Assembly (NCBI RefSeq): GCF_004010195.1
Contig: NC_057718.1
Span: forward strand, 21,853,066 to 21,917,065
DNA: 64,000 nucleotides
Direction of reading: 5' to 3'
Source of the DNA: Chiloscyllium plagiosum
Lineage: Eukaryota
This document shows, piece by piece, positions 1 to 14,320 of this stretch. A program made the translations under genes and the position numbers. The first letter of the stretch is position 1. Each line of letters begins with the position of its first letter. The notes beneath the pieces were generated by a model. That model was given only the letters and a program-made list of their open reading frames with translations. It was not told the origin of the DNA and ran no database searches.

Positions 1-442
1 ACACAAAAAGAATAAAACTGGAGTTGCAAGCACATCCTATCAAGTCAAACAAAGAACTGATCAAACTTTCCCAATAGAAAAGCAACAATGAGACATTTAT
101 TACTGACACAAAAAGGGAATGGAGCTCCACTTTAAGTGAAGTTTTTGTATGAAACAGCACAGAGGAGAAATCAGTTCCCCCCTTCTCTCTTCTTTTACTA
201 GAAAAAAGTTCAACATTTTGGATCTCATTCAAAGAATCACTATTTGTTTGTGAACCTTGCATGATGGCAGGCTGTTCAACTGCTTGGAGCAAAGTTATAC
301 TACTACTCAGCTTTATTGGACTTCTGCAACATCTATTGAATCTATTGATGGGTGGGGGGGTGGAGCCTTGGCTGATTTCCTTCTCATGTAGAGGGGAACA
401 GAAGTCAATTATAACAACACTGCTGGCCACTTGGCTAAGTTA

Positions 443-715
<273 letters not shown>

Positions 716-1096
716 TTAAGCAATGGAACAACTCATTCTCAATTTAAGAAGTTTGGGAAGCAAAGTTCAGAAATTGTGCACTAGCTTTCACCTTTGTGGA
801 TATGGTAAAGTGCTATCAATGGCTGATTGGAAAGAAATATTTTACAATGTTAGTAAACATGATATCTTTTTCAAAAAAGATATAACAGCAATAAATATAC
901 TGAATGGAAGGAGGCTTGGTGATGTGCAACAGCAAAGGCAAATTGATCTAAAGGCTTAGGACCTTAAGAGACTGAAGCTCAAATTGTTAAGGCTGCTCAT
1001 AAAGCTAATGGAATTCCAGATTTTTTTTTGCAAGTAGCATATAATTAAAAAACCAAGAGCTTACATTAGATCTCAACATTAAGTAACTTTTTATCA

Positions 1097-1330
1097 TTCA
1101 CAGGATGTGGGGTTCACTGGGTTTAAGCATTTATAGCTGACCCCCAAACTAGCCTTGAGAAGGTGTGGATGAGCTGCCTTCTTGAAATGTTGCAATCCAA
1201 GCCAAGTAAAGACTTCCAAGTGTTGTTCAGAAAGGATGCCAGACAGGCACTGGAGAAATGAGAGATCAGTTACTTGCTGCAGAATTCCTAACCTGGCCTG
1301 CTTGTGCAGCCACAATGTTTATATATGGCT
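1097..1330 (-). mobile_element. 3' end of an old LINE (same tail as 16540-16910 and the SINEs at 2149-2910)
   Basis: ggatgtggg...agcatttat...ccttgagaaggtg..gagctgccttcttgaa tail recurs elsewhere in the window. Confidence 0.5.
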
Positions 1331-2148
1331 GGTTCATTTCAGTTTCTGATAAAGAGCAGAAATTCGACAGGGGGCACTCAGAATTTCGACGCCATTGAAT
1401 ATCATGGAGAGAATGCCATATTATTTTGTTGGAGATGGTCATTTTCTGGCAATTATATGGCTTGCAAATGATGTCATTTACCAGTCCAAATTAGAATCAG
1501 AGGTCATCAGCACAGAAAAAAGGCCCACTGAATCTGCACCGGTCAAAAACAAGCACATAACTACACTAATCCCATTTTCCAGCACTTGATCCACAGACTT
1601 CTATGCCTTTGCACTGCAAGTGTGCATTGTTCAAGTTTTCTGCCGATGGATAAGGGCTGCTTCAATATCTAGAGAGTCGTAAATGATGCTGAGCCACGCA
1701 CACTCGTCAGCAAATATCCCTCAGTTCGGACCTTCGGTGGAGGAAAGGTTACTAATGAAGGTGGTTGATTGTAGGAGAACAGTGAGGTACTCCTCCAGTG
1801 ATGTCCTGGAAATTAGATGATTGTCCTCCAGGAAAGTCAGGCACCTCCATTTGAGGTAGGTATGACTCCTAACATTGGGGTTTTCCCCAATTCCCACCGA
1901 CTTCTGTTTGCAAGGGCTTCTTGATGCCACTCAGTCAAATTCTGCCTTAATGTCAAGGGCAGTTACTAGATGTAAACAAAACTTTACGGCTGTGTGCAGT
2001 ACTGGCCCACATTATAGGAAAAATAGTGATGTTAGAGAATTCAATGAACATTTATTTGATTATCTGGTACATGCAAATTCCATTGTGGAAGTAGTTTGAA
2101 AAATTAGGATTTTGCTCAAGAAAGATTCAGATTTTTAAAGTTCATTAA

Positions 2149-2910
2149 TGGGATGTGTGCATCACTGGCTGAGCCAGAGTTTATTGCCCATACTTAACTG
2201 CTCTTTGATTCGAAGGGTTTCTCGGTCAGTTTCAGGGGAAGTTAAAAGGTCAACCACATTAATGTGGGTCTGAACGCATAGGATAAGGATAATAGATTTC
2301 CTTCCCTAAAAAGAGCATTTGTGAACCAGATGGAGTTTTGCAACAATTGTTACATGATTATCTTTAGGCCAGCTTTTAATTCCAGATGATTTTTCTTTAT
2401 TTCAAATCATCCATAAACACTCATCCCCAGAGCCTTAGCCTAGGATTCACTAGCCCAGTGATCTTCTGGCCCCACTGGTCTATATTTGTGCTTTTAGGTT
2501 TCAGCAAAGTCTCTTCCCATCTTATTTCTTCCAACTATCAACATAACTAGGAGCAGACAGTGTAGTGGTAAGTACCTCTTGCTCTGGGATCACAGGTTCA
2601 GATCTCAACAGCAACTAATGCAATTTAGAATTAAATTAATTCTGGAGTTGAAAACCAGTCTCAGTAACAGTTTAATGATTACTATTAACAACTGTCATTT
2701 TACAAAATTAAATCTGGTTCACTAATATCCTTTAGGGATGTATTTCTAATGTCTTTACCTGGACTGGCATTCATAGAGCTGCAGAGCAATCTGGAGTGAC
2801 TCTCAAAAGCTTGGAGATAGTTTAGCAAGCCATTTCATTCAAAGGCAATTAGGGAATAAGCAACAAAAGCTGGACTTGAGTGATACCCATGTTACATGAC
2901 AGAATAAAAA
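2149..2910. mobile_element. Two related SINE copies in opposite orientation (~2149-2460 minus, ~2558-2910 plus)
   Basis: Shared segments (tctggttcac, gcaattaggg..gcaa-aaa-gctgg tail) in reverse complement. tRNA-like head gtgtagtggta...ggttcagatc at ~2560. Confidence 0.55.
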
Positions 2911-3051
2911 TAACATTTGATAATACTGCTGTAAATTTGAAGTGGAAGGAGGAAATTCTACTGATGTCACTGACCAGCCAGAGGCCAATAACCTAGATCG
3001 TGAATTAGCATCTCTGAGAAAGTAAGTACTGGAATTGGGAAGATGAACCTA

Positions 3052-3967
3052 CAGGAGAAAGTGAGGATTGCAGATGCTGGAAATCAGAATAGAGAGTGTG
3101 GTACTGGAAAAAAAAAAGGTCAGGCTGCATCCGAGAAGCAGTATAAGCCCGAAATGAGCCGAGGAATGGGACTTGTGGGCTGGGGGGCTAAGTGACAAAT
3201 GGGGGTGGGGGAGGGGGGGGGAGAAAGAGAGCTGAGAACACGATTGGTAGATGAAAGGCCAGAGAGAAGGGTAGAGCAGGTAGATGGGAGAGATGATGGA
3301 CAGGTCAAGAGGCTTGGGACTGGGATAAGGCGAGGGGTAGGAGAAATAGGAAACTGGTGAAATCCACATCAATCCCATGTGGTTGCAGGATCCCAAGGTG
3401 GAAGAGGAGACGTTCTTCCTCCAGGTGTTGGGTGGTTGGGGTTTGGTGATGGAGGCGGCCCAGGACCTGCATGTCCTTGGCGGAGTGGGACACCAGCACC
3501 AACCAATCCCACCGCCTCATAGCTGAACACTATTTGTCCCTCCCATCAAGGGCATGCAGACCCTGGGCCTCCTCTATCACTGAACTCTAACCACCCGACA
3601 CCCGGAGGAAGCACACCTCTTCTTCCACTTTGGGACCCTGAAACCACACAGGATTAATGTGGATTTCATCAGTTTCCTCATTTCCCCTTCCCCCCACCTT
3701 ATCACAGTTCCAAGCCTCCAACATAGCCTCGCCCTCTTGACCTGCCCATCATCCTTCCCATCTATCCACTCCACCTTATCACTTTCTCCCCTCGCTCATC
3801 TACCTTTCGCATTCTCAGCTATTTTCCCCCCAGGCCCCAGCCCCAGCCCCAATCCCCTCCGATTTATTTCAGCTCTCCCCCGGTTCATTCCTGATGAAGG
3901 GCTTACGCTCGAAACATTAGTTCTCCTGCTCCTCGGACCTGCTATACTTTTCCAGCAGCACACTCTC
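3052..3967. mobile_element. Penelope-like element family A, inverted pair with TSD
   Basis: Minus arm ~3052-3490 and plus arm ~3495-3967. GIY-YIG C-terminal remnant (HSAKDMQVLG...EEERLLFHLG). TSD GAAG(A/G)TGAACCTA at 3039-3051 and 3968-3980. Hammerhead-like core at 3891-3918. Confidence 0.8.
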
Positions 3968-5934
3968 GAAGGTGAACCTAAAGTTGAGGTGCAGGAAGCA
4001 GGGTCCTGGGAGGGACGAGAGCAAATATCAAGTCTTAACTCTGCTAAGCAAATACTTGGTAACAACCAGTCAAGGAAGCATATTCAAGACCAATGCTCAG
4101 ATTTAGTGGTCAAAGGGATCTCATGTTTCAGTCAGTTCTCAGAAAAGGGATGTAGACAGAAAGTAATTAAAACAGACACGCTTATCAGTCAAGTCAGCAG
4201 CTAGTTTAAGATACCAATGACGAACACAAACATTATGAGATGCATAAAAAGTTAATATATTAATTTAGTTTGGTTTTTTTTAATGAGTTTGTCTTTCAAG
4301 TAGAGAGATTCTGTTTTCAGTGTGTCTGGTATTTGAAACTGGTGACAGCATTTAATCTCTGATGAAAGTTAATGATGAATGCTGGGCATCTACCACCTGT
4401 TAGCAATTCATTTCAGAAATAATGAACTTGACAGCTCCATGAATTACAATGTAAAATATTTCCACAATATATGCTGCTGTTGGCAGATTATATTGCTGAT
4501 TTTCCTTGGCATTGTTCAAGGACAAAATATTAAAAGTCCTCTCTAACTCTTCTGATTTCATGCATTTCTATTTAGCCCCCATTCTCTAATTTCCAACCCC
4601 GCCCCCATGTGGTTCCTGAAGAACTATTTGAGCTGCGAGCTGCAAATTATGCAGAGTTTGACAAATATCCATTTTCATTGAAGCTGACAATAGTGATTAT
4701 AGTTTTGTGCATTACAAGAGTTACAATGATTTCTTCTGATCTTCCATTTGCAGCTTGTTAATTTTATAGTTAGTTTTGTAGTTCTAGTGAAGACATTCCA
4801 AATGTAAAAGTCTGTTTTTATCTGTACTACACATGCTTTTCATCATTTTCAAGACCAGATGCCATCCAAATAAAAAGTTACAGAAACTATGGATTGATAG
4901 CATCAATATTAAAATGGAAACTATCCCTGAATTAAAACAAGTTTGCCCAGCCTGCTGTAGAAGGGACTTGCTTTATAGTGTCTGATTGCTTGACAAAGAA
5001 CACCAATTGCAAAACTGCATCACACTTTATATTTAAAAAGCTCTGCACTTAACATGTGACATCTGAAGTGTAGACAAAATAAAACAGAGGAAAACTCAAA
5101 ACATCAATCTCTGCACAAGTCAATTGAATGTAATTTTAAGCTAAAATCTAAGTTAAACAACACCAGGATAGTTATGGTGCCCATGCTTCCCTTTGAATAG
5201 GTAAACTGCTTTAAAGTCAAAACTAATTTGGCATGTTTCAATGCCGGACCTTGATTTCAATGTCAGATATCTTTGATTACTGAACAGTGTGTTGTCAAGT
5301 GATTGCAACGTCTTGCACCCAGAACCTGCAGTTTACACTTGAAATAATACCAAAATAAATTACAAAGCATTAGCATGGACTTGTTCGGAGGAAGAGAAAA
5401 CAAAAGGCAGAAAAAACTCCCCCAGTTGATGTAAAAAGACTAGAACAAATGTGAAAAAAAACTGATAGAGAGAAGGAAGAGAAATAGAATAGACACATCC
5501 ATTAAAAAAGGCAAATTCCAGAAGTATCTCAGTTATCTTATACTTTTCTGATGAGAAACTAGACATGACTACTGATTTTACATAATAAATCACCTTTATT
5601 GCTTTCCATTTCCCTTCTGGTGTTAGGTAAGGTGTTTAATGCCAGGGGCTTAGATGGAGCAGAATTTGTTAGGGGCGCCCAGGAGGGAATCTTGGAAGAA
5701 TATGTAGACATACAAGATGTTGTATTGAGGAATGAACCTGACTGGTGTTTGAAGTTTCAATGGGGGAACATTTTGGAAACAGTGATCCTAACTGCGCAAG
5801 TATTGAGATAGTTATTGATAAGGATAAGACTGGTCCTTGGAAGAAAGTGCTAAATTGGGGCAAGGCTAATTACAACAGTATTCAGCAAAACTGGAGAAAT
5901 TAGATGGAAGATGGCTGTTTTAGGGTAAAACTAC

Positions 5935-7984
5935 ATAGAGTCAGAGTCATAGAGATGTACAGCACGGAAACAGACCCTTCGGTCCAACCTGTCCATGCCG
6001 ACCAGATATCCCAACCTAGTCCCACCTGCCAGCAGCCAGCCCATATCCCTCCAAACCCTTCCTATTCATATACCCATCCAAATGCCTCTCCAATGCTGCA
6101 ATTGTACCAGCCTCCACCACATCCTCTGGCAGCTCATTTCATACACTTACCACCCTCTGCGTGAAAATATTAACCCTTAGGTCTCTTTTATATCTTTCCT
6201 CCCTCACCCTAAACCTATGCCCTCTAGTTCTGGACTACCCGACCCCAGGGAAAAGACTTTGCCTATTTATCCTATCCATGCCCCTCAATTTTGTAAACCT
6301 CTATAAGATCACCCCTCAGCCTCTGATGCTCCAGGGAAAACAGCTCCAGCGTGTTCAACCTTTCCCTATAGCTCAAATCCTCCAACCCCGGCAACATCCT
6401 TGTAAATCTTTTCTGAACCCTTTCAATTTCAAACCTCTTTTCGATAGGAAGGAGACCAGAATTGCACGCAATATTCCAAAAGTGGCCTAATCAAGGTCCT
6501 GTCCAGCCGCAACATCACCTCCCAACTCCTGGACTCAATACTCTGACCAATAAAGGAAAGCATACCAAACGCCTTCTTCACTATCCTATCTACCTGTGAC
6601 TCCACTTTCAAGGAGCTATGAACCAGCACTCCAAGGTCTCTTTGTTCAGCAACACTACCTAGGACCTTACCATTAAGTGTATAAGTCCTGCTAAGATTTG
6701 CTTTCCTAAAATGCAACACCTCACATTTATCTGAATTAAACTACACCTGCCACTTCTTAGCCCATTGGCCCATCTGCTCCAGATCCTGTTGTAATCCGAG
6801 GTAATCCTCTTCACTGTCCACGACATGTCCAATTTTGATGTCATCTGCAAACTTACTAACTGTACCTCTTATGCTCGCATCCAAATTACTTTTTTGTCAT
6901 TTACATAAATGGAGGGTCCAGCACGGATCCTTGTGGCACTCCATTGGTCACAGGCCTCCAGTCTGAAAAACAACCATCCATCACCACCCTCGGTCTTCTA
7001 CCTTTGAGCCAGTTCTGTAACCAAATGGCTTGTTCTCCCTGTATTCCATGAGATCTAACCTTGCTCACCAGTCTCCCATGGGGAATCTTGTCGAACGCCT
7101 TACTGAAGTCCATATTAGATCACATCTACTGCTCTGCCCTCAATCTTCTTTGTTACTTCTTCAAAAAACTAATCAAGTTTGTGAGACATGATTTCCCACG
7201 CACAAAGCCATGTTGACCATTCCGAATCAGTCCTTGCCTTTCCAAATACATGTACATCCTGTCCCTCAGGATTCCCTCCAACAACTTGCCCACCACGGAG
7301 GTCAGGCTCATTGGTCTATAGTTCCCTGGCTTGTCTTTACCACCGTTCTTAAACAGTATCACCATGTTTGCCAACCGCCAGTCTTCCAGCACATCACCTG
7401 TGACTATCGATGATACAAATATCTCAGCAAGAGGCCCAGTAATCACTTCTCTAGCTTCCTACACAGTTCTCGGGTACACCTGATCAGGTCCTGGGGATTT
7501 ATCCACCTTTAACCGTTTCAAGACATGCAGCACTTCCTCCTCTGTAACCTGGACATTTTGCAAGATGTCACCATCTATTTCCTGACAGTTTATATCTTCC
7601 ACATCCTTTTCCACAGTAAATACTGATGCAATCTATTCATTTAGTATCTCCAGCATTTTCTGCAGCTCCACACAAAGGCCGTCCTGCTGATTTTTGAGGG
7701 GCCCTATTCTCTCCCTAGTTACCCTTTTGTCCTTAATGTATTTGTAAAAACCCTTTGGATTCTCCTTAATTCTATTTGCCAAAGCTATCTCATGTCCCCT
7801 TTTTGCCCTCCTGATTTCCCTCTTCAGTATACTTCTACTTCCTTTATACTCTAAGGATTCACTTGACCTATCCTGTCTATAGCTGACATATGCTTCCTTC
7901 TTTTTCTTAACCAAACCCTCAATTTCTTTAGTCATCCAGCATTCCCTGTATCTACCAGCCTTCCCTTTCACCCTGACAGGAATA
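5935..7984 (-). mobile_element. CR1-clade (HER1-like) LINE, degenerate ORF2 reverse transcriptase (RT) and 3' UTR
   Basis: Frameshifted motifs PGNYRPMSLTSVVGKLLE, QHGFVRGKSCLTNL, DFSKAFDKIPHGRL, GVPQGSVL, RPLLEYCVQFWSP. Confidence 0.92.
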
Positions 7985-8077
7985 NNNNNNNNNNNNNNNN
8001 NNNNNNNNNNNNNNNNNNNNNNNNNNNNNNNNNNNNNNNNNNNNNNNNNNNNNNNNNNNNNNNNNNNNNNNNNNNNN
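7985..8077. other. Assembly gap (N run)
   Basis: Run of n. Confidence 1.
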
Positions 8078-8099
8078 GATCTGGTCTATCCTTTTCCAT

Positions 8100-8790
8100 C
8101 ACTATTTTAAAACAAGTCTCAAATGCCAGTTTATCAGAGTTCAGGACCAGCATGTTCTTGTGAGGAGAAAAGGTAAAGATGGCAAGATTTGGCAACTCTG
8201 GATAACAGGAAATATTGGAACTGCAGTCAAAAAAGAAAAAGGAAGCATATGTAAGGTTCAGGAAACTAAAATCAGACAAGGCCCTTGAGGAATATAAAGG
8301 AAGCATGAAGCAATTGAACAAGGAATTAGGAGAGTTAAGAGAGGCTAGGAAACGTCCTTGACAAGTAGGATTATGGAGAAATGTGATGCATTTTATACAT
8401 ATATTAGGAGCAAGAGGATAACTAGTAACTTCATATCAGTTTTCACCAAGTAGAAGGACATGGATAAAAGTAAGATCAGGGAGTACATGTTGACATTCTA
8501 GAGCATGTCAACATCCAGAAGATGGTGGTGTTGCATGTCTTGAAAAACATTAAAGATAGATAAGTCCGCAGAGCATGATGGGATCTATCCAAGGATACTG
8601 AGAGATGCAAAAAGGGGAGATTGCTGGGGTCTTGACATATTTTTATCCTCTTTAGCCACAGGCAAGGTCCCAGAAGACAGGAGAAAAGGCGATGCTGTTC
8701 CTTTGTTGAAAAGCAGCAACAGGGATAATCCAGGAAATTAGAAGATGGTGACCCTTCCATCAGTAGTAGGGAAATTATTGGAGAAAATGG
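8100..8790 (+). mobile_element. CR1 LINE fragment (older; probably related to the fragment at ~5600-5930)
   Basis: Degenerate equivalents of the KRGHE, ENPKAFY, KSPGPDG and NPGNYR segments. Confidence 0.7.
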
Positions 8791-8794
8791 AGGG

Positions 8795-10930
8795 GGATAG
8801 AAGCAGATGGTATGGGAAAGTATTTAATTGGCGTTGCGGGGAGGGGAATTTTACAAAGTTATTAGACAGGAACTGGGGTGCCTAAATTGGGAACAGATGT
8901 TCTCAGGGAAATGCATGACAGAAAATGTCGAGGTTGTTTAGGAAGCAGTTGCTGATACTGCTTGACAGGTTTGTCCCACTGAGGCATGGAAAAGATGGTA
9001 GATTGAAAGAAACATGGATGACAAGTAATGTAGAACATTTAGTCAAAAGGAAGGAGGAAGCTTATTTAAGGATTCAGGAGGCAATGACAGGACTCCAGAG
9101 GGTTACAAGGTAGCGAGAAAGGAACTGAAGAATGGACCGAGGGGACCTAGAAGGGGGCATGAAAGGATTAAGGAAAACCCTAAGGCAATCTACCAGTTAT
9201 GTGAGGAACAAGAGGATGGCCAAAGTAAGGGTTGGGCCAACCAGGGATAGTGGACAGAACTTGTGCCTGGAGTCAGAGGTGGTAGGGGAGGTCCTTAAAT
9301 GATTACTTTGCTTCAGTATTCACCGAGAAGGACATTGACATTTGTGAGGACAGCATGAAACAGGCTGATAAGCTTGAAAAGGTTGATGTTAAGAAAGAGG
9401 ATGTGCTGAAAACTTTGAAAAACATAAGGATAGGTAAGTCCCCCGGGCCAGATGGAGTATACCCAAAGTTACAACAAGCGAGGGAAGAGATTACTGCACC
9501 TTTGGTGATGATCTTTGCATCCTCACTGTCCGCTGGAGTACTGCCAGATAATTGGAGGATGGCAAATGTTATTCCCTTGTTCAAGAAAGGGAATAGGGAT
9601 AATCCTGGGAATTACAGACCAGTCAGTTTTACGTCTGTGTTGGGCAAATTATTGGACAGGATTTTGAGAGACAGGATATATGATTACTTGGAAAGCCATA
9701 GTTTGATTCGAGATAGTCAGCATGGCTTTGTGAGGGGCAGGTCATGCCTCACAAACCTTATTGAATTCTTTGAGGATGTGACAAAACACCTTGATGAAGG
9801 AAGAGCAGTGGATATGGTGTACATGGATTTTAACAAGGCATTTAATAAGGTTCCCCATGGTAGGCTCATTCAGAAAGTAAAGAGATATAAGGATGCAGGG
9901 AATTCTGGCTCTCTGGATGCAGAATTCCCATAGAAGACAGGGAATGGTAGCAAACGGAAAGTATTCATCCTAAGTTTGGTGACCACTGGTGTTCTGCAAG
10001 GGATCATTTCTGGGATCTCTACTCTTTGCGATTTTTGTAAATGACTTGGATGAGGAAGTGGAAGAGTAGGTTAGTAAGTTTACTGATGACATGAAGGTTG
10101 GTGATGTGGTGGATATTTTGGAGGGCTGTTGGAGGTTGCAACGGGACATTGACAGAACTGGGCTGATAAAGTGGCAGATGGAATTCAACCTAAAAAAGTA
10201 TGAAATGATTCATTTTAGAAAGTCAAATTTGAATGCAGAATACAGGATTAAAGGCAGGATTCTTGGCAGTGTGGAGGAACAGAGGAATCTTGGGGTCTAT
10301 GAGCATTGATCCCTCAAAGTTGCCACCCAAATTTGTGGAGTTGTCAAGAAGGGGTATGGTGTGTTGGCTTTCATTAGTAGGGGGAAATGAGTTTAAGAAC
10401 CGTGACATTACGTTGCAGCTTTAGAGAGCCCTGGTTAGACCACACTGGGAATATTGTGTTCAGTTCTGTTTGCCTCATTATAGGAAAGACGTGGAACTTT
10501 GGAGGGTGCAGAGGACATTTACCAGGATGGAGGGCATGTCTTATGAAGAAAAATTGAGGGCTTTTCTCATTGGAGCAAAGAAGGGTGAGTGGTGACTCTA
10601 TAGAGGTGTACAAGATGATGAGAAGCATAGATAGCCAGAGGTTTTTTCAAAGGGTAGAAATGTCGATCACGAGGGGGCATAATTTTAAGGTGATAAGGTG
10701 GTGGTTTAGGGAGATGTCAGAGGTAGATTCTTTACACCGAGATTGGTGATGCATGGAAGGCACTGCCAGCAGTGGTAGGAGAGTCAGATACATTAGGGAC
10801 ATTTAAGCAACTCTTGGATACGCACATGGAAGACAGTACAATGAAGGGTATGTAGGTTAGTCTGAACTTAGAGTAGGATAAAAGGTCAACACAACATCAA
10901 GAGCTGAATGGCCTGTACTGTTCTATGTTC
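8795..10930 (+). mobile_element. CR1 LINE, degenerate ORF2 to 3' end
   Basis: ORF 9355-9933 contains KSPGPDG, PGNYRPVS, QHGFVRGRSCLTNLIEFFE, YMDFNKAFNKVPHGRL. Ends in a ttctatg tail. Confidence 0.92.
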
Positions 10931-10939
10931 TACGATTCT

Positions 10940-12220
10940 TAAGACAGGATTTACTCGCGTTTGGAAATGAACAACTTTTTAGGGACAGTCAGCATGACTT
11001 TGTTCAAGGAAAGATCTTGCCTCACAAATTTGACTGAGTTCTTTAAAAAAGTGAAGATTATGATTGATAAGGGTAGAGTGGTGGATGGGTTGTCTACATG
11101 GACTTTACTAAAGCATTTGACAAGGTCCCTCATGATAGGTTGGTCCAGATTATTAAGTCCCATGGGATCCACAGTGAATTGACAAGTTGAAAACAAAGTT
11201 GGATTGGTCATAGGGGTAGTTGTGGAGGAATATTTTTCTGATCAGAAGTTTGTGGCCAGTGGTGTTCTGCAAGGATCAGTACTAGGACCTCTGGAGTGAG
11301 TGTAATATATACATAAATGATTTGGATGAAAATGTAGTTGGTCTGATTAGTATGTTTGCAGAAAACACAAAAATTGGTGGAGTTGTGGATAGTAAGGAAG
11401 GCTGTTAAAAGATACAGCATGATACAGATCAGTTGAAAAGCTGGGATAGGAATTAGAGAAATAGATAGAGTTTTATTTGGACAAGTGTGAGGTGATGCAT
11501 TTTGGGAGGTCAAAAGCAAGAGGAAAGTATTCAGTAAATGGCAGGACTCTTAGGAGCATTAATGTACAGAGGGATCTTGGGACGCATGCCATAGCTCCCT
11601 GAAAGTAACAAAAGTGGGTAAGGTAGTGAAGAAACATACTTGCCTTTATTAGTTGGGATATTAAGTATAAAGGTTGGCGAAATCATGCTGCAGCTGTATA
11701 AAACTTTAGTTTGGCCACCGTTGAAGCACTGAGTGCAGTTCAAGTCACCACACATGTGGAGAAGGTGTAAAAGAGGTTTACCAGGATGTTGCCTGGATTG
11801 GAGCCACACAAGGTACAATGAGAAGTTCGACAAACTTGAATTGTTTTCGCTGGAGTGTCAAAGGCTGATGGGGCCACCTGACAGAAGTCGAGAGGAATGG
11901 ATCAGGTGGATAGTTAGAGTCTTTTTCTCTAGGGTAGAAATATCAAATACTAGGGGTCATCGGTTTAAAGAGAGAGTGGGAACACTATAAAGGAGTTGTG
12001 CGAGGCAAGTTTTTTTTTAAAAAACAAACAGTGTGGTAGGTGCCTGGAAGACACTGCCGTGAAGGTGGCAGATGCAGATATGATAGCAATATTTAAGAGG
12101 CATTAAGGCAGGGAATAAAGGAATCATCTGCATGCAGATGTGATTGGTTTAGAATGGAATCATGGTCAGTGCAGAAATCATGGCCTGAAGGGCCTGTTCC
12201 TGTGTGTATTGTTCTATGTG
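10940..12220 (+). mobile_element. CR1 LINE fragment
   Basis: SCLTNLTEFF, GVLQGSVLG-like and FADDTK-like remnants; gaagggcctgtt...gttctatg tail. Confidence 0.85.
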
Positions 12221-13832
12221 TACAAAAACTTGGTTTCCTGAAATGACAACCTCAGACCTCTGACCTGTCCGCATGTGGATTCCAACTTAAGTTCCATCCT
12301 TTAGGTCTTGAATCCATCCAGGATTAGCAGTATCACTGAAACACAATGTTCTGCAGATGGCTGTTCTTACCACATCTAGACTTTGTACCTTGCGCCGCCC
12401 AAATAAATATAGCAGACATCACTTTACACCCACACTGACACACCCGGTCTCAAAGAACTCCAGATCCCTGTTCCATTTCAACTGTTATCTCCTCCAATGC
12501 CTTTACAAAAACTTTTTATCTTCCTTTTAGATGTTAACAAACTCAAGCTCCAGCAACTTTTGGGCACCAATACAACTTTCACCCTTTCGCCCATCCTGTT
12601 TCCTCTGATCCTGTTCCTTCTTCTAATCTCAGCTCTCATTGTCTATTCTGTACATCTTCTGACCTTCCACTCACTAACAGTGATCTGCATTAACGTTTAT
12701 CCCTTTTTATCCCCTTACATGGGTACCTCACTTAAATTTATTTCAGGGTACATGTTAATCTATTTCATTATCTTCACCTCTGTGGCCAATATTTCTGCAC
12801 CGAAGTCCTTTCCATATTTCAGATGGATACTTTCACCTATCCCCAATGCTCTTCTTTCACCTGGACCCCCGCTCTCATGTTTCAAATTCAGAGCAGTCCA
12901 TCTGACATCAGTTAGCTCAATTTGCCAAGCTTGTCATATACAGATGCAGGTGCATGCTCCTCACTTTGACTTCTCATAGGGGTGATGGTGACCTGGGTAT
13001 TTCTCGAGTATTCAGAGAGGAAACTTCTGGAGGACCAATGTGTGCTTTCTTCTCCAGCTGGTACCAACTGGCACCACTCTTTCTCCTTGAGGAATAGATA
13101 TCTGGAATGAGCTCAAGTATACTGTCCCCCTGCTGTCTTGCCTTTGGTGCTGAGCACCAATGGATAAAGCAATGGACAATAGGTCATATAAGTGGCAGAC
13201 AGAGTGTGCTGGCCCTCAGTGGTAACTGCCAACCTATCCATGGAGGCAGCCACACTCTTGCATGCCTGAGGCAGCAGGGTTCCAATGGCATTGCTGCAGT
13301 CTGTGTCCGGTTGCTCAGTGCCAAACTTGGCTGCTGCTCCTATCCACTTGCAGAAGTCACCAATTGCCAACACCATGGAATCATCTTCTCCCTGGGCTGA
13401 GCAGGTGCCTGATCTCTGGCAGTTCTCAAAATACCAGCTGCCTGGGGCATTTCTTCCTCGACTGACTGCAGAGACGTGGCAGCGAAGTGTTCACTGACAT
13501 ATGCTTCAGATTCTAACCTTCCTCAAATACATACTGAGGTGTCAGTGTGAGCTGATGGAGTGTTTTTGCCAGTGTATCCCCTGAAGCATCTGTGCTCTCT
13601 TCCTTAGAGGTAAAGGAGGAAATAACTTACGATGTCTCTTGACTGTGGCAACCACTGGCAATTGCATGGAGACAAAATAGAGAACACCTCAAGGCCAATA
13701 AGTAGAAGTTGTAGCATGTTAATAATATATTCACACTGTTGATAAGGGGAGAGTAACACAGCAAATAACAATGCTTCTTAGTTGATTGTCGAGACACGGA
13801 CATTTAAGCACCTCGACGGGACTATCTTGGTT

Positions 13833-14320
13833 ATAGAGTCCTAGAGATGTACAGCATGGAAACAGACCCTTCGGTCCAACGTTGACCCTTAGGTCTCTTT
13901 TATATCTTTTTCCTCTCACCCTAAACCTATGCCCTCTAGTTCGGGACTCACCGACCCCAGGGAAAAGACATTGTCTATTTATCCTATCCATGCCTCTCAA
14001 TATTGTAAACCTCTGTAAGGTCACCCCTCAGCCTCTGACGCTGCAGCCCTAGCCTTTTCAGCCTCTCTCTGTAGCTCAGATCCTCCAACCCTGGCAACAT
14101 CCTTGTAAATCTTTTCTGAACCCTTTCAAGTTTCACAACATCTTTCCGATAGGAAGGAGACCAGAATTGCACGCAATATTCCAACAGTGGCCTAACCAAT
14201 GTCCTGTACAGCCTCAACATGACCTCCCAACTCCTGTACTCAATACTCTGACCAATAAAGGAAAGCATACCAAACGCCTTCTTCACTATCCTATCTACCT
14301 GTGACTCCACTTTCAAGGAC
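13833..14320 (-). mobile_element. CR1 LINE 3' fragment, near-identical to part of 5935-6615
   Basis: LKVESQVDRIVKKAFGMLSFIGQSIEYRSWEVMLRLYRTLVRPLLEYCVQFWSP. Confidence 0.9.

Noticed and set aside
9355..9933. 192-aa ORF as a host gene or intact RT
   Set aside because: It is a fragment of a frameshifted CR1 ORF2.
12497..12979. 160-aa hydrophobic ORF as a membrane protein
   Set aside because: Arises from pyrimidine-rich low-complexity DNA; no recognisable family or splice context.
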